Below, one piece after another: positions 56,979-64,000 of a stretch of 64,000 nt of DNA; positions within the stretch are counted from its first letter, which is position 1, and each line of letters starts with the position of its first letter. The translations under genes were made by a program, and so were the position numbers. The notes under the pieces are model-generated. The model saw only the letters and a list, made by a program, of their open reading frames with translations. It searched no databases and was not told the origin of the DNA. Source of the DNA: an uncultured Gaiellales bacterium (lineage in GTDB: Bacteria; Actinomycetota; Thermoleophilia; RBG-16-64-13); assembly GCA_964592075.1 (NCBI GenBank), contig CAZQDY010000003.1:43252-107251 (forward strand), given 5' to 3'.

Positions 56979-57871
56979 AGCGTCCCTCTGAGCTTTGGAT
57001 CCAGAGCGTCCCGCAAACCGTCACCCACCATGTTGAAGGCGAACACCACGACCGCTATAGCGAGGGAGGGAGCGAAGCAGAGCCACGGGAGAGTCCCGAG
57101 GTCCCGGATACCGGCGGACGCCATGCTGCCCCAGGCCGCGCCTGGAGGTTGGATGCCGATGCCGATGAAGCTCAGGCCGGCCTCCGCCAAGATCACGTTG
57201 CCGATCATGGTGGTGATGAGCACGAGAAGCGGCTGGAAGGCATTTGGGAAGACATGGCGCACCATCGTGCGGAAGCTCCTCGAACCGATGGCCTTCTGAG
57301 CCATGACGTATTCGTTCTCCCTCACGCTCAGTGTCTCGGCGCACATCAGGCGTGTGTACCCCGGGATGGTGGCAATGGAGAGGGCGATGATGACGTTCTG
57401 AAGACCACCCCCCAACACCGCCGCCAGGAGAAGGGCCAGTATCAGCATGGGGAAGCCCATCAGGGCGTCCATGACCCTCATGATGATCGCATTTACCACC
57501 CCCCCGAGATAGCCGGCAAGCAGCCCGAGGATCATTCCGATGATCGCCGAGATGACGACCGTGCCGAAACCCACGTAGAGGGCGGTCCTGGTCCCGTAGA
57601 CGAGACGGCTGAAAACGTCGCGCCCCATGTTGTCCGTCCCTATCCAGTGTTGGCTGCTTGGGGGCTGCAGGTTCTCCTTGAGATTCTGCACGTTGGGATC
57701 GTAGGTCGCGATCAGGGGAGCGAAGATGGCGGTGAGCACCCATATCAGGATCACGGCGACCCCGACGATCACGAGCTTGCGCTGGAAGAAGACTCTGAGG
57801 AAACGCCTCCACTCGCTCACCTTTGGAGCGGCGATGGTCTCCACGGCCGGTGCGGTCGGGATCTCATTCAT
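56975..57871 (-). CDS. ABC transporter permease (DppC/OppC-like)
   Basis: EAA-like loop IGSRSFRTMVRHVFPNA. Start assigned to MNEIPTAP; an upstream ATG at 57898 is an alternative. Confidence 0.8.
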   Translation of the reverse strand: MNEIPTAPAVETIAAPKVSEWRRFLRVFFQRKLVIVGVAVILIWVLTAIFAPLIATYDPNVQNLKENLQPPSSQHWIGTDNMGRDVFSRLVYGTRTALYVGFGTVVISAIIGMILGLLAGYLGGVVNAIIMRVMDALMGFPMLILALLLAAVLGGGLQNVIIALSIATIPGYTRLMCAETLSVRENEYVMAQKAIGSRSFRTMVRHVFPNAFQPLLVLITTMIGNVILAEAGLSFIGIGIQPPGAAWGSMASAGIRDLGTLPWLCFAPSLAIAVVVFAFNMVGDGLRDALDPKLRGTL

Positions 57872-58826
57872 AGCGGATCCTCGGGTCGAACCAGCCATAC
57901 GATATGTCCACGATCAAGTTGACGACAACGATCATGAAGGCGATGACGAGCGTGCCCCCCTGGATGATCACGTAGTCCCGCTGGAAGATGCCATCCACGA
58001 GCATCCTCCCCATCCCGGGGATATTGAAGACCTGCTCGACTATCACCGACCCGCCGAAGATGATGCCGATGCTGATGCCCAGCAACGTGATCACCGGTAT
58101 GAGGCTGTTCTTGAGGACGTGTCTCGTGACGACGACCCTCTCTCTCAAGCCCTTGGACCACGCGGTGCGCACGTAATCCATGTTGTTCACTTCGAGAACG
58201 CTCGACCTCATCTGGCGGGCCGTCACGGCCAGAGGCGTCACGGCAAGACAGATGATGGGCATCACTCCCTGCTTGAGGCTCTTGCCGAAATCGTTCCACG
58301 GCAGCTCATAGCCGATGAACGGCAGCCAGCCCAGCTTCAGCGCGAACACGTACATCAGTATGAAGGCCGCCAGGAAGACCGGGATGCACAGGCCGATGTA
58401 GGAGAGGACGGTCACCAACGTGTCGATCCACTTGCCCCTCCTGATGGCGGCCAACAGTCCGAAGAAGATGCCGAGGACCGTGCTTATCACCGTGGCCACG
58501 AGGCCCAACACCAGAGTGACCGGCAGCCGTTGCTTGAGGATCTCGCCGACGTCGTCCTTGTATCTAATCGACTCGCCCAGGTCACCTTGGAAGATCCCCT
58601 TCACCCAGTTCAGGTACTGGATGGGCACGGGCTTATCAAGCCCGTATTTGACCCGGAGCTGGTCAAGCATCTCCTCGCTCATGCCACCCCCGGAGCCTGC
58701 CTGCTGGCCCGCCCAGATGGTGACCGGGTCGCCCGGGATGAGGCGGAGCGAGAAGAACACGATCAGCGACACGATGAAGAGGACGACTATCCCCCACAAG
58801 ACGCGCCTGATTATGTACGTGGTCAT
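57864..58826 (-). CDS. ABC transporter permease (DppB/OppB-like)
   Basis: MTTYIIRRVLWGIVVLFIVSLIVF...YVRTAWSKGLRERVVVTRHVLKNSL. Confidence 0.85.
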   Translation of the reverse strand: MTTYIIRRVLWGIVVLFIVSLIVFFSLRLIPGDPVTIWAGQQAGSGGGMSEEMLDQLRVKYGLDKPVPIQYLNWVKGIFQGDLGESIRYKDDVGEILKQRLPVTLVLGLVATVISTVLGIFFGLLAAIRRGKWIDTLVTVLSYIGLCIPVFLAAFILMYVFALKLGWLPFIGYELPWNDFGKSLKQGVMPIICLAVTPLAVTARQMRSSVLEVNNMDYVRTAWSKGLRERVVVTRHVLKNSLIPVITLLGISIGIIFGGSVIVEQVFNIPGMGRMLVDGIFQRDYVIIQGGTLVIAFMIVVVNLIVDISYGWFDPRIRYE

Positions 58827-58877
58827 CGTCCGCCTCTCAAAACGCGGGGCAAAAGCCAGGTACGCGCCACAAACGGC

Positions 58878-60122
58878 TCATGCGTACACACCGTACTCTG
58901 TGGTGAAGTCTATCAAGGCCTTGAGGTTCTCGGGGCGCGCGTCGTCGCAGGGGCATCGCGACGACATCACGTAACCGCCGTCCCGTCCGCAGTAGTCTAT
59001 GAGCTGCTTGGCCACATCGCGCACCTCGTCGGGCGTACCCGTCGCGAGGAGCGAGACGGGCACGTTCCCACTGATGCAAAGGTGCCCCCCCAGTACGTCT
59101 TTGGCTCTGAACATATCGGTGGTGTCGAAGTGCGCGAAGACCTTGCCCTCCGGCAGTTCGAGCAGATATTCGAGACGAGAGGTGTAGTCGCCCTCCGTCA
59201 TGAACATGACCGTGAAGCCGCGTTCCGCCAATTCGACCACCAACCCCTTGAGCGTGGGCCAGTAGAACGTCTCGAACTGGGGGAGCGAGCAGAAACCCTC
59301 CGACCCGAAATGGAGCGGGATCATGACGCTGTTGACCCCGCCCTCCACCGGCATGCCGATCCGCCGCAGCAGGCTTCTCATGATGGACTCGCACGCCTCC
59401 TGCAATTCATCGGGGTGCTTGAACAGATCCATCATGGTGCCCCGCATGCCTCTCAGGTTGTCGGCGATGACATCGTAGGGGGCCAATGCCATGTGACCGG
59501 CCAGCGGCGGGAACCCCAGGTCTTCGATCTCCTTGGAGAACGCCGCCAGCTTCGGCTGCCACTCCAGATACTCGCGCCCGATCCTCCGCAGCACCTCCAG
59601 GGTAGCCGCGGCTTGCGGCGTAGCCAACGCCTCGGCGAGCGCCAGAACGCTCCGGTAGCCCATGTCGCCCGCCGGCAGCAGGCCGATGGAGCCGAAGCCC
59701 TGCATGGCCCCCGACATGCGCGGCATGTATCGCGTCAGGATGAACGCGGTCGGATCTGAGATCAGAAGGTCGTATTCGTCTTCCCGCATGTACTCGCCGT
59801 CGAGGTACTGGTGGGACTGCATCATCGAGCCGTTCTGGCCCGGCCACTGTATGACGCGGGGGTCGATCAGCTCCAGGACGCTGCCGGGGAAGAACGGCTG
59901 AACGCCACCGATGTCGGCCCCGAAGTCGAGCAATGTCTTCTTGCAGGCGGCGAGCCAGGCGTCGTAGTCGTAGTGGCTGGCAGCATGGGGGATGCCGCAG
60001 TACTTGGCCGGGAAGTAACCGAAGTTGATCTCGAGAGGGACTCTATCGGGTATTTCTAGACGGATTGCGTCATCGAACCGTTTGCGTCGCTCCAGGAACC
60101 GTTCAGCCGGAGATGCGCCCAT
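58878..60122 (-). CDS. Uroporphyrinogen-decarboxylase-fold (URO-D/MtaA/CmuA-like) protein, putative methyltransferase
   Basis: 414-aa URO-D-superfamily pattern (RVPLEINFGYFPAKYCGIP..., a C-terminal Cys in MSSRCPCDD). Strong RBS AAGGAGA 4 nt upstream of ATG 60122; it is the first gene of the ABC operon. Confidence 0.65.
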   Translation of the reverse strand: MGASPAERFLERRKRFDDAIRLEIPDRVPLEINFGYFPAKYCGIPHAASHYDYDAWLAACKKTLLDFGADIGGVQPFFPGSVLELIDPRVIQWPGQNGSMMQSHQYLDGEYMREDEYDLLISDPTAFILTRYMPRMSGAMQGFGSIGLLPAGDMGYRSVLALAEALATPQAAATLEVLRRIGREYLEWQPKLAAFSKEIEDLGFPPLAGHMALAPYDVIADNLRGMRGTMMDLFKHPDELQEACESIMRSLLRRIGMPVEGGVNSVMIPLHFGSEGFCSLPQFETFYWPTLKGLVVELAERGFTVMFMTEGDYTSRLEYLLELPEGKVFAHFDTTDMFRAKDVLGGHLCISGNVPVSLLATGTPDEVRDVAKQLIDYCGRDGGYVMSSRCPCDDARPENLKALIDFTTEYGVYA

Positions 60123-60253
60123 TCTTCTCCTTGCTAGTCCTTCGAGATCGATCGGTTTTGTCGAAGCTGTCTACCTGTAACACGTGGCGTCGGTGCCCGT
60201 CAAGAGTTGATAGTTGATCCTGCCCAGAGCGCGCAAGCAGGCGTTGGGGCCGC

Positions 60254-60838
60254 TCAGCCCCGAGGGCGGCGCAGCCCGGCCTTTTCTCCACATCTCGAGT
60301 GACCCGTCCAAGCCTTTACCCACCACCACACCGCCAGGCCGGCGGCGGCGGCGAACAGCAGGGCCGAGAGCCCTCGCACGGTATAGGCGATGGCGTCGGT
60401 GTGCTCCAGGAGCCCCAGGTGCCGCAGGATGTTGCGCCAATCGTGCCCCGCGCCGGAGCCGTCGTCGCCCACGAGAGGCAGCGCCATCCGCGTAGCGTCG
60501 TAGATGTAGACGGAGACGTTGTTGAGCGACTCGGCGGCCCAGGCACCCATGAGGATGACGGCGAAACGGTCTCCCCGCCACCAAAAGTAGGCGCCGATGT
60601 ACAGGGGGACGGCCACCTGCAGGAACGACCCGGCGAACTGCACCAATAGCTCCGGGGCCCAGAAGGCCAGCAGGTGCCCGAGCTCGTGGATGCCGAGGTC
60701 CGCCCTGGACAGAAGGGGGACCCATCCTCCGCGCGAGTAGGTCTGAAAGGCCAACAGCGCCGTGACGACGATGGCCGTCACCCACTGAAACGTGAGTTTC
60801 CAGGTCCAGGTACTCTCGCTGATCGCATGGCCGTTCAT
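60254..60838 (-). CDS. Polytopic membrane protein with HExxH motif (putative zinc metallopeptidase-like)
   Basis: Four to five TM helices and HELGH in a loop-to-TM junction. Confidence 0.45.
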   Translation of the reverse strand: MNGHAISESTWTWKLTFQWVTAIVVTALLAFQTYSRGGWVPLLSRADLGIHELGHLLAFWAPELLVQFAGSFLQVAVPLYIGAYFWWRGDRFAVILMGAWAAESLNNVSVYIYDATRMALPLVGDDGSGAGHDWRNILRHLGLLEHTDAIAYTVRGLSALLFAAAAGLAVWWWVKAWTGHSRCGEKAGLRRPRG

Positions 60839-60990
60839 CACTCGTTGTCATCGGCGGGACGGCCCGTGGACTGGAGCACCCACCGGGACGCGGACCGTGG
60901 TCCGGCGTGGAGTGCGGCCGGCTTCCGTCGCGACCGCTTCATCTGGCTTATACTGTGGCTCGGTAAAGGCAGACGGGGGACTGGAGCACG

Positions 60991-61899
60991 ATGGACCTGC
61001 TGGAGCTACTCGCGGGCGGCAGAGAGACGATCTTCCTCGATGGGGCCATGGGCACCCAACTGGGAGAGGCGGGCCTCGAGATGGGTGGCCAGAACTGTGT
61101 GACCCACCCGGATGAGGTGCTGGCCGTGCACCGGCGCTACGCGGAGTGCGGCATCGACCTGCTGATCACCAACACCTTGACCATGAACCGCGTGAACATC
61201 GAGTCGCACAGCATAGGCGTGGACGTCCGTGAGGTTAACCTGGAGGGCGCGCGGCTGGCCCGCGAGGCCGCCGGCGCCGCGCAGTCGGTGCTCGGTGACA
61301 TGAGCTCCACCGGCAAGATGCTGAAACCATACGGACAGCTCTCGGAGGACGAAGCCTACGCGGCCTTCGCGGAGCAGGCGGTTCTCCTCGAGGAGGGAGG
61401 GGTCGACGGCCTCATCGTGGAGACCATGATCGATCTGCGCGAGGCCCTCTGCGCGCTGAGGGCGGCGCGCCAGACGACCGGGCTGCCTGTCCTCGCCACC
61501 ATATCGTTCAACACCGTGCGCAACGGAGGACGCACCGTCATGGGCGACTCCGCCCACGACTGCGCCCAGGCGCTGACCGAGGCGGGCGCCTGCGCGGTCG
61601 GCGCGAACTGCGGCAGTATCGACCCGCTCGAGATGGCCGGGATAGTGGCCACGATGCGGGAAGCGACGCCGCTACCCATCATCGCCCAACCCAATGCCGG
61701 AAAGGGGCGGCTGGTGGACAAACGATTGATCTTCGACATGGAACCCGGGACCTTCGCCGCCGGAGTCAGGGAGTGTGTCCTGGCCGGCGCACGCCTGGTC
61801 GGGGGGTGCTGTGGCACGTCGCCGGCTCACGTCGGCGCCATGGTCGGATTGCTCGGCGGAGGGGAGCCCGGCAAGAGTGATTGTGACGCGTCCAGATAG
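60991..61899 (+). CDS. Homocysteine S-methyltransferase-domain protein (Pfam S-methyl_trans; BHMT/MmuM/MetH-N-like)
   Basis: LDGAMGTQL, DLLITNTL, the VANCGS region (GANCGS) and C-terminal GGCCGTSPAHV, the zinc-binding Cys pair typical of Hcy-binding domains. Confidence 0.75.
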   Translation: MDLLELLAGGRETIFLDGAMGTQLGEAGLEMGGQNCVTHPDEVLAVHRRYAECGIDLLITNTLTMNRVNIESHSIGVDVREVNLEGARLAREAAGAAQSVLGDMSSTGKMLKPYGQLSEDEAYAAFAEQAVLLEEGGVDGLIVETMIDLREALCALRAARQTTGLPVLATISFNTVRNGGRTVMGDSAHDCAQALTEAGACAVGANCGSIDPLEMAGIVATMREATPLPIIAQPNAGKGRLVDKRLIFDMEPGTFAAGVRECVLAGARLVGGCCGTSPAHVGAMVGLLGGGEPGKSDCDASR

Positions 61900-61966
61900 C
61901 CATGGCCCGGTCGTGCGATAATCTGGGCGGCCGGACGTATGCACGTGTGACAAGGAGAGCATCCTT

Positions 61967-62212
61967 ATGCCAGCTTGGTTAGGCCCTTGGGAGATAGCCA
62001 TCATCGTGGTGATCATCCTGCTCATCTTCGGGGGTAGGTGGATACCACGCCTCGGCACATCGCTGGGTCGTTCGCTCAGGGGGGTCAAGAAAGGTCTCAA
62101 GGAGGGCGGGGAGGAGTTCAAGAAGGAACTCAAGGAGGACGTCGAGGCCGACGCCCCCACCGAGAAAGACTCCTCCACCGAGAAGACCAACTCCACGGGA
62201 GACTCAGCCTAA
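61967..62212 (+). CDS. tatA: Twin-arginine translocase subunit TatA/E
   Basis: GPWEIAIIVVIILLIFGGRWIPRLGTSLGRSLRGVKKGLKE, a single TM plus amphipathic helix with an acidic tail. Confidence 0.8.
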   Translation: MPAWLGPWEIAIIVVIILLIFGGRWIPRLGTSLGRSLRGVKKGLKEGGEEFKKELKEDVEADAPTEKDSSTEKTNSTGDSA

Positions 62213-62231
62213 GAGGACCTGAGAGAGGCGC

Positions 62232-63518
62232 TCAGTCCGCCAACCCCCGCGCCAGGTACATCGCCAAGGCGCCGATGGTGAGGATTGGCGGCAGCCCCGG
62301 CGTGGCCGGGAGCACGCTGGCGTCGCAGCAGAACAGTCCGCTCAGCTTGGTCTCCAGGTTCTCGTCCACCACCTCGCCGATAGCAGCCGTCCCCCCGGGA
62401 TGGGCGCCCTGGACCCTGCTCACCATGACGCTCTTTGGGTTGGCGCCGGCCTTCACCAGGATCTCTCTCGCCATGGCCGAGCCCTCGTCGAGTCTCGCTT
62501 GGTCAGCGGGTAGGACCGGCTTGCTCACGCCGCCGTCCGGGTGGACCCGGCCCGCCCTCTCGTCGGTCGTCTTCACCATGATGCCGACAAGGTCGTTGAG
62601 CGAGGCGGCCGCCAGCGCGATCCCGCCCTCCACCCCTCGGAGGATGCGGGGCTGGTTGATGAACGGAGACAGAAGGAAGCCTCTGTCTTTGTGGAACTGT
62701 AGGTCTACCAGCGTCATAGCCGGTTCATGGGCCAGGCTGAGACCCCGGATCGTGGCGTAGGTGTTGACGAAGAGGTCCACGAAGAGCCCGTATCCCGCCT
62801 CCAAGCCGGACTTCTGAAGGATCACGGGTGTCCCCAGACCTCCGGCGCACAGGATCACCCGCTCGGCGTTCACCATGAAGGCCTTGCCACGCACCGAGCC
62901 TTCGACGCCGGTCACCCTGCCGGCCCGGTTCGACACTCTCTCGACCCGCGCGCCGTAGACGACCTCGACGCCTCTTGCCTCCAGTTCGCCCAGGTGGTCC
63001 AGGGCCGACCAGCGGGCGCCCGTCCTGCAGCCCAGGCAGCAACCCCCACACCTTGCGCACTTGTCGACGTCGATGAACTTGGGCATCCGCCGGAAATCGA
63101 AGCCCAGCTCTCCCCCGGCTGCGGCAAGCGCCCGGCTTCCGTCCGAGAGCAGCCGCTCGTCTATGGGCGCCACAGGGAGTTCGTCCTCCATCCGGCTCAA
63201 GTCCTGACCGAGGTCCACCCCCCGCTCGGCCAGCTCCGCCTGAAGGCTGCGGACCCCGTTGCCACAGCTCACGGCCGTGGATCCACCGGCCATGAACGTG
63301 CGCCAGAGGATGACGCCTTCTTCGGATCTACGAGGGATCTGTGTCACCGGATCGAGGTCGAAGTAGCGCAGGGTGTCCCTGATCCTGCCGACCCGCGTCT
63401 CTTTGACTCCCCTCTCCAAGACCAGGACGTCTCTGCCTCGCTTCGCCAACTCGAGAGCGAGCGTAGACCCCCCCATCCCTGATCCGACCACCACGAATCC
63501 GTACGTGCGCGTCTCCAT
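62232..63518 (-). CDS. GMC-family FAD-dependent oxidoreductase with internal Cys-cluster insert
   Basis: N-terminal GxGxxG (FVVVGSGMGGSTLAL) and C-terminal GMC motif GAHPGGTAAIG...LFCCDASVLP; the insert is KCARCGGCCLGCRTG. Confidence 0.7.
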   Translation of the reverse strand: METRTYGFVVVGSGMGGSTLALELAKRGRDVLVLERGVKETRVGRIRDTLRYFDLDPVTQIPRRSEEGVILWRTFMAGGSTAVSCGNGVRSLQAELAERGVDLGQDLSRMEDELPVAPIDERLLSDGSRALAAAGGELGFDFRRMPKFIDVDKCARCGGCCLGCRTGARWSALDHLGELEARGVEVVYGARVERVSNRAGRVTGVEGSVRGKAFMVNAERVILCAGGLGTPVILQKSGLEAGYGLFVDLFVNTYATIRGLSLAHEPAMTLVDLQFHKDRGFLLSPFINQPRILRGVEGGIALAAASLNDLVGIMVKTTDERAGRVHPDGGVSKPVLPADQARLDEGSAMAREILVKAGANPKSVMVSRVQGAHPGGTAAIGEVVDENLETKLSGLFCCDASVLPATPGLPPILTIGALAMYLARGLAD

Positions 63519-63542
63519 TGACCTGCCTCCAGACGACGACGC

Positions 63543-63999
63543 TTATCCGGTCTTGGGTACTCCCTGGCAGTGAAGCACGCCGGGTGCGGGTTGGTCGGCG
63601 TAGAGCGCTTCGATGACCTCCACCAGGCGCTCCGCGACCGCGGCGCGCTTGACCTTCATGCTGCCGGTCAGACCGCCGTTCTCGACGGTGAGGCAACCGG
63701 ACAGTACGACCCATCGCTTGACCTGTTCCGGATGCGAGAGGTTCGCGTTGATGCGGCCCATGGCCTCATCCACCCGCCGGCCGGCGACCGGATGCCACTC
63801 CGGCTCTTCCATCCACAGAAGGGCGGCGCAATAGGGCCGGCTGTCGCCCACGAGCATGGCCTCACCCACCCCGGGGATGGCCCTCAGAACGGCTTCGACA
63901 GGCGCAGGCGCGATGTTGGCCCCGTACGAGGTGACGATCAGGTCCTTCTTCCGCCCGTTCAGCGTCAGATACCCGTCAGAGTCGAGCGCGCCCGTGTCG
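63543..63999 (-). CDS. AMP-dependent synthetase/ligase (acyl-CoA synthetase-like), C-terminal part (5' end outside window)
   Basis: ...DSDGYLTLNGRKKDLIVTSYGANIAPAPVEAVLRAIPGVGEAMLVGD...MKVKRAAVAERL is the conserved AMP-binding C-terminal domain. Confidence 0.7.
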   Translation of the reverse strand, partial: DTGALDSDGYLTLNGRKKDLIVTSYGANIAPAPVEAVLRAIPGVGEAMLVGDSRPYCAALLWMEEPEWHPVAGRRVDEAMGRINANLSHPEQVKRWVVLSGCLTVENGGLTGSMKVKRAAVAERLVEVIEALYADQPAPGVLHCQGVPKTG

Positions 64000-64000
64000 C

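Noticed and set aside
57149-59759. Long plus-strand ORFs (257 and 677 aa) across the DppB/DppC/URO-D region
   Set aside because: They are antisense to a tightly packed, well-supported operon. His/Asp/Arg/Gly-rich low complexity.
60241-60275. Short GC hairpin (ggggccgctcagcccc) near the 3' end of the HExxH membrane-protein gene as a terminator
   Set aside because: The stem is only ~5 bp and overlaps the ORF's last codons. Too weak to call.
1-64000. CRISPR arrays, rRNA or tRNA genes
   Set aside because: No regularly spaced direct repeats, no rRNA-like conserved stretches, and no intergenic region with an obvious cloverleaf were seen by eye. Intergenic gaps are short except 53414-53808 and 30182-31198, which I examined separately. 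A tRNAscan/Infernal run would be needed to exclude small RNAs formally.

Overview
This 64 kb window is high-GC (roughly 68-70% by eye), gene-dense bacterial chromosomal DNA with an actinobacterial or Chloroflexi-like codon style; I cannot place the organism. I could support about 70 protein-coding genes on both strands; all were called by reading the six-frame translations and recognising family-level motifs, with no searches run. I found no rRNA, tRNA or CRISPR array by eye.

Recognisable content includes:
- A MoxR / DUF58 / DUF4129 triad, followed by an orphan methyl-accepting chemotaxis protein and a methyltransferase.
- A TusA / DsrE / cysteine desulfurase / IscU-fusion sulfur-trafficking operon beside a divergent MarR regulator and MMPL transporter pair.
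- An orphan radical SAM/SPASM enzyme with an N-terminal extension.
- An ABC-F ATPase and an aminotransferase.
- A DASS/TrkA-C transporter.
- A 3' remnant of an IS1380-like DDE transposase in a decayed, lower-GC patch next to an HTH gene and a WecA-family glycosyltransferase.
- A second MMPL / GNAT / CarD-like operon.
- A cluster of poorly characterised redox-looking genes (flavodoxin-like, cyclophilin-like, DUF763, a 2x[4Fe-4S]-ferredoxin-cupin fusion, an ACT+DUF711 pair).
- PadR, a phosphofructokinase, a glucosaminidase lipoprotein and an SDR.

The most system-like unexplained unit is a nine-gene minus-strand operon (51081-60122). It reads: URO-D/MtaA-like methyltransferase, DppBCDF-type ABC importer, nitroreductase, two paralogous metal cupins, a ~400-nt leader carrying an SD-preceded uORF, and a family-5 substrate-binding protein. 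It sits next to a homocysteine-S-methyltransferase-domain gene and TatA. Other oddities are a 55-nt near-perfect palindrome between convergent genes, an IscU fused to a degenerate TrxR-like domain, and three cupin paralogues, one of them ferredoxin-fused.
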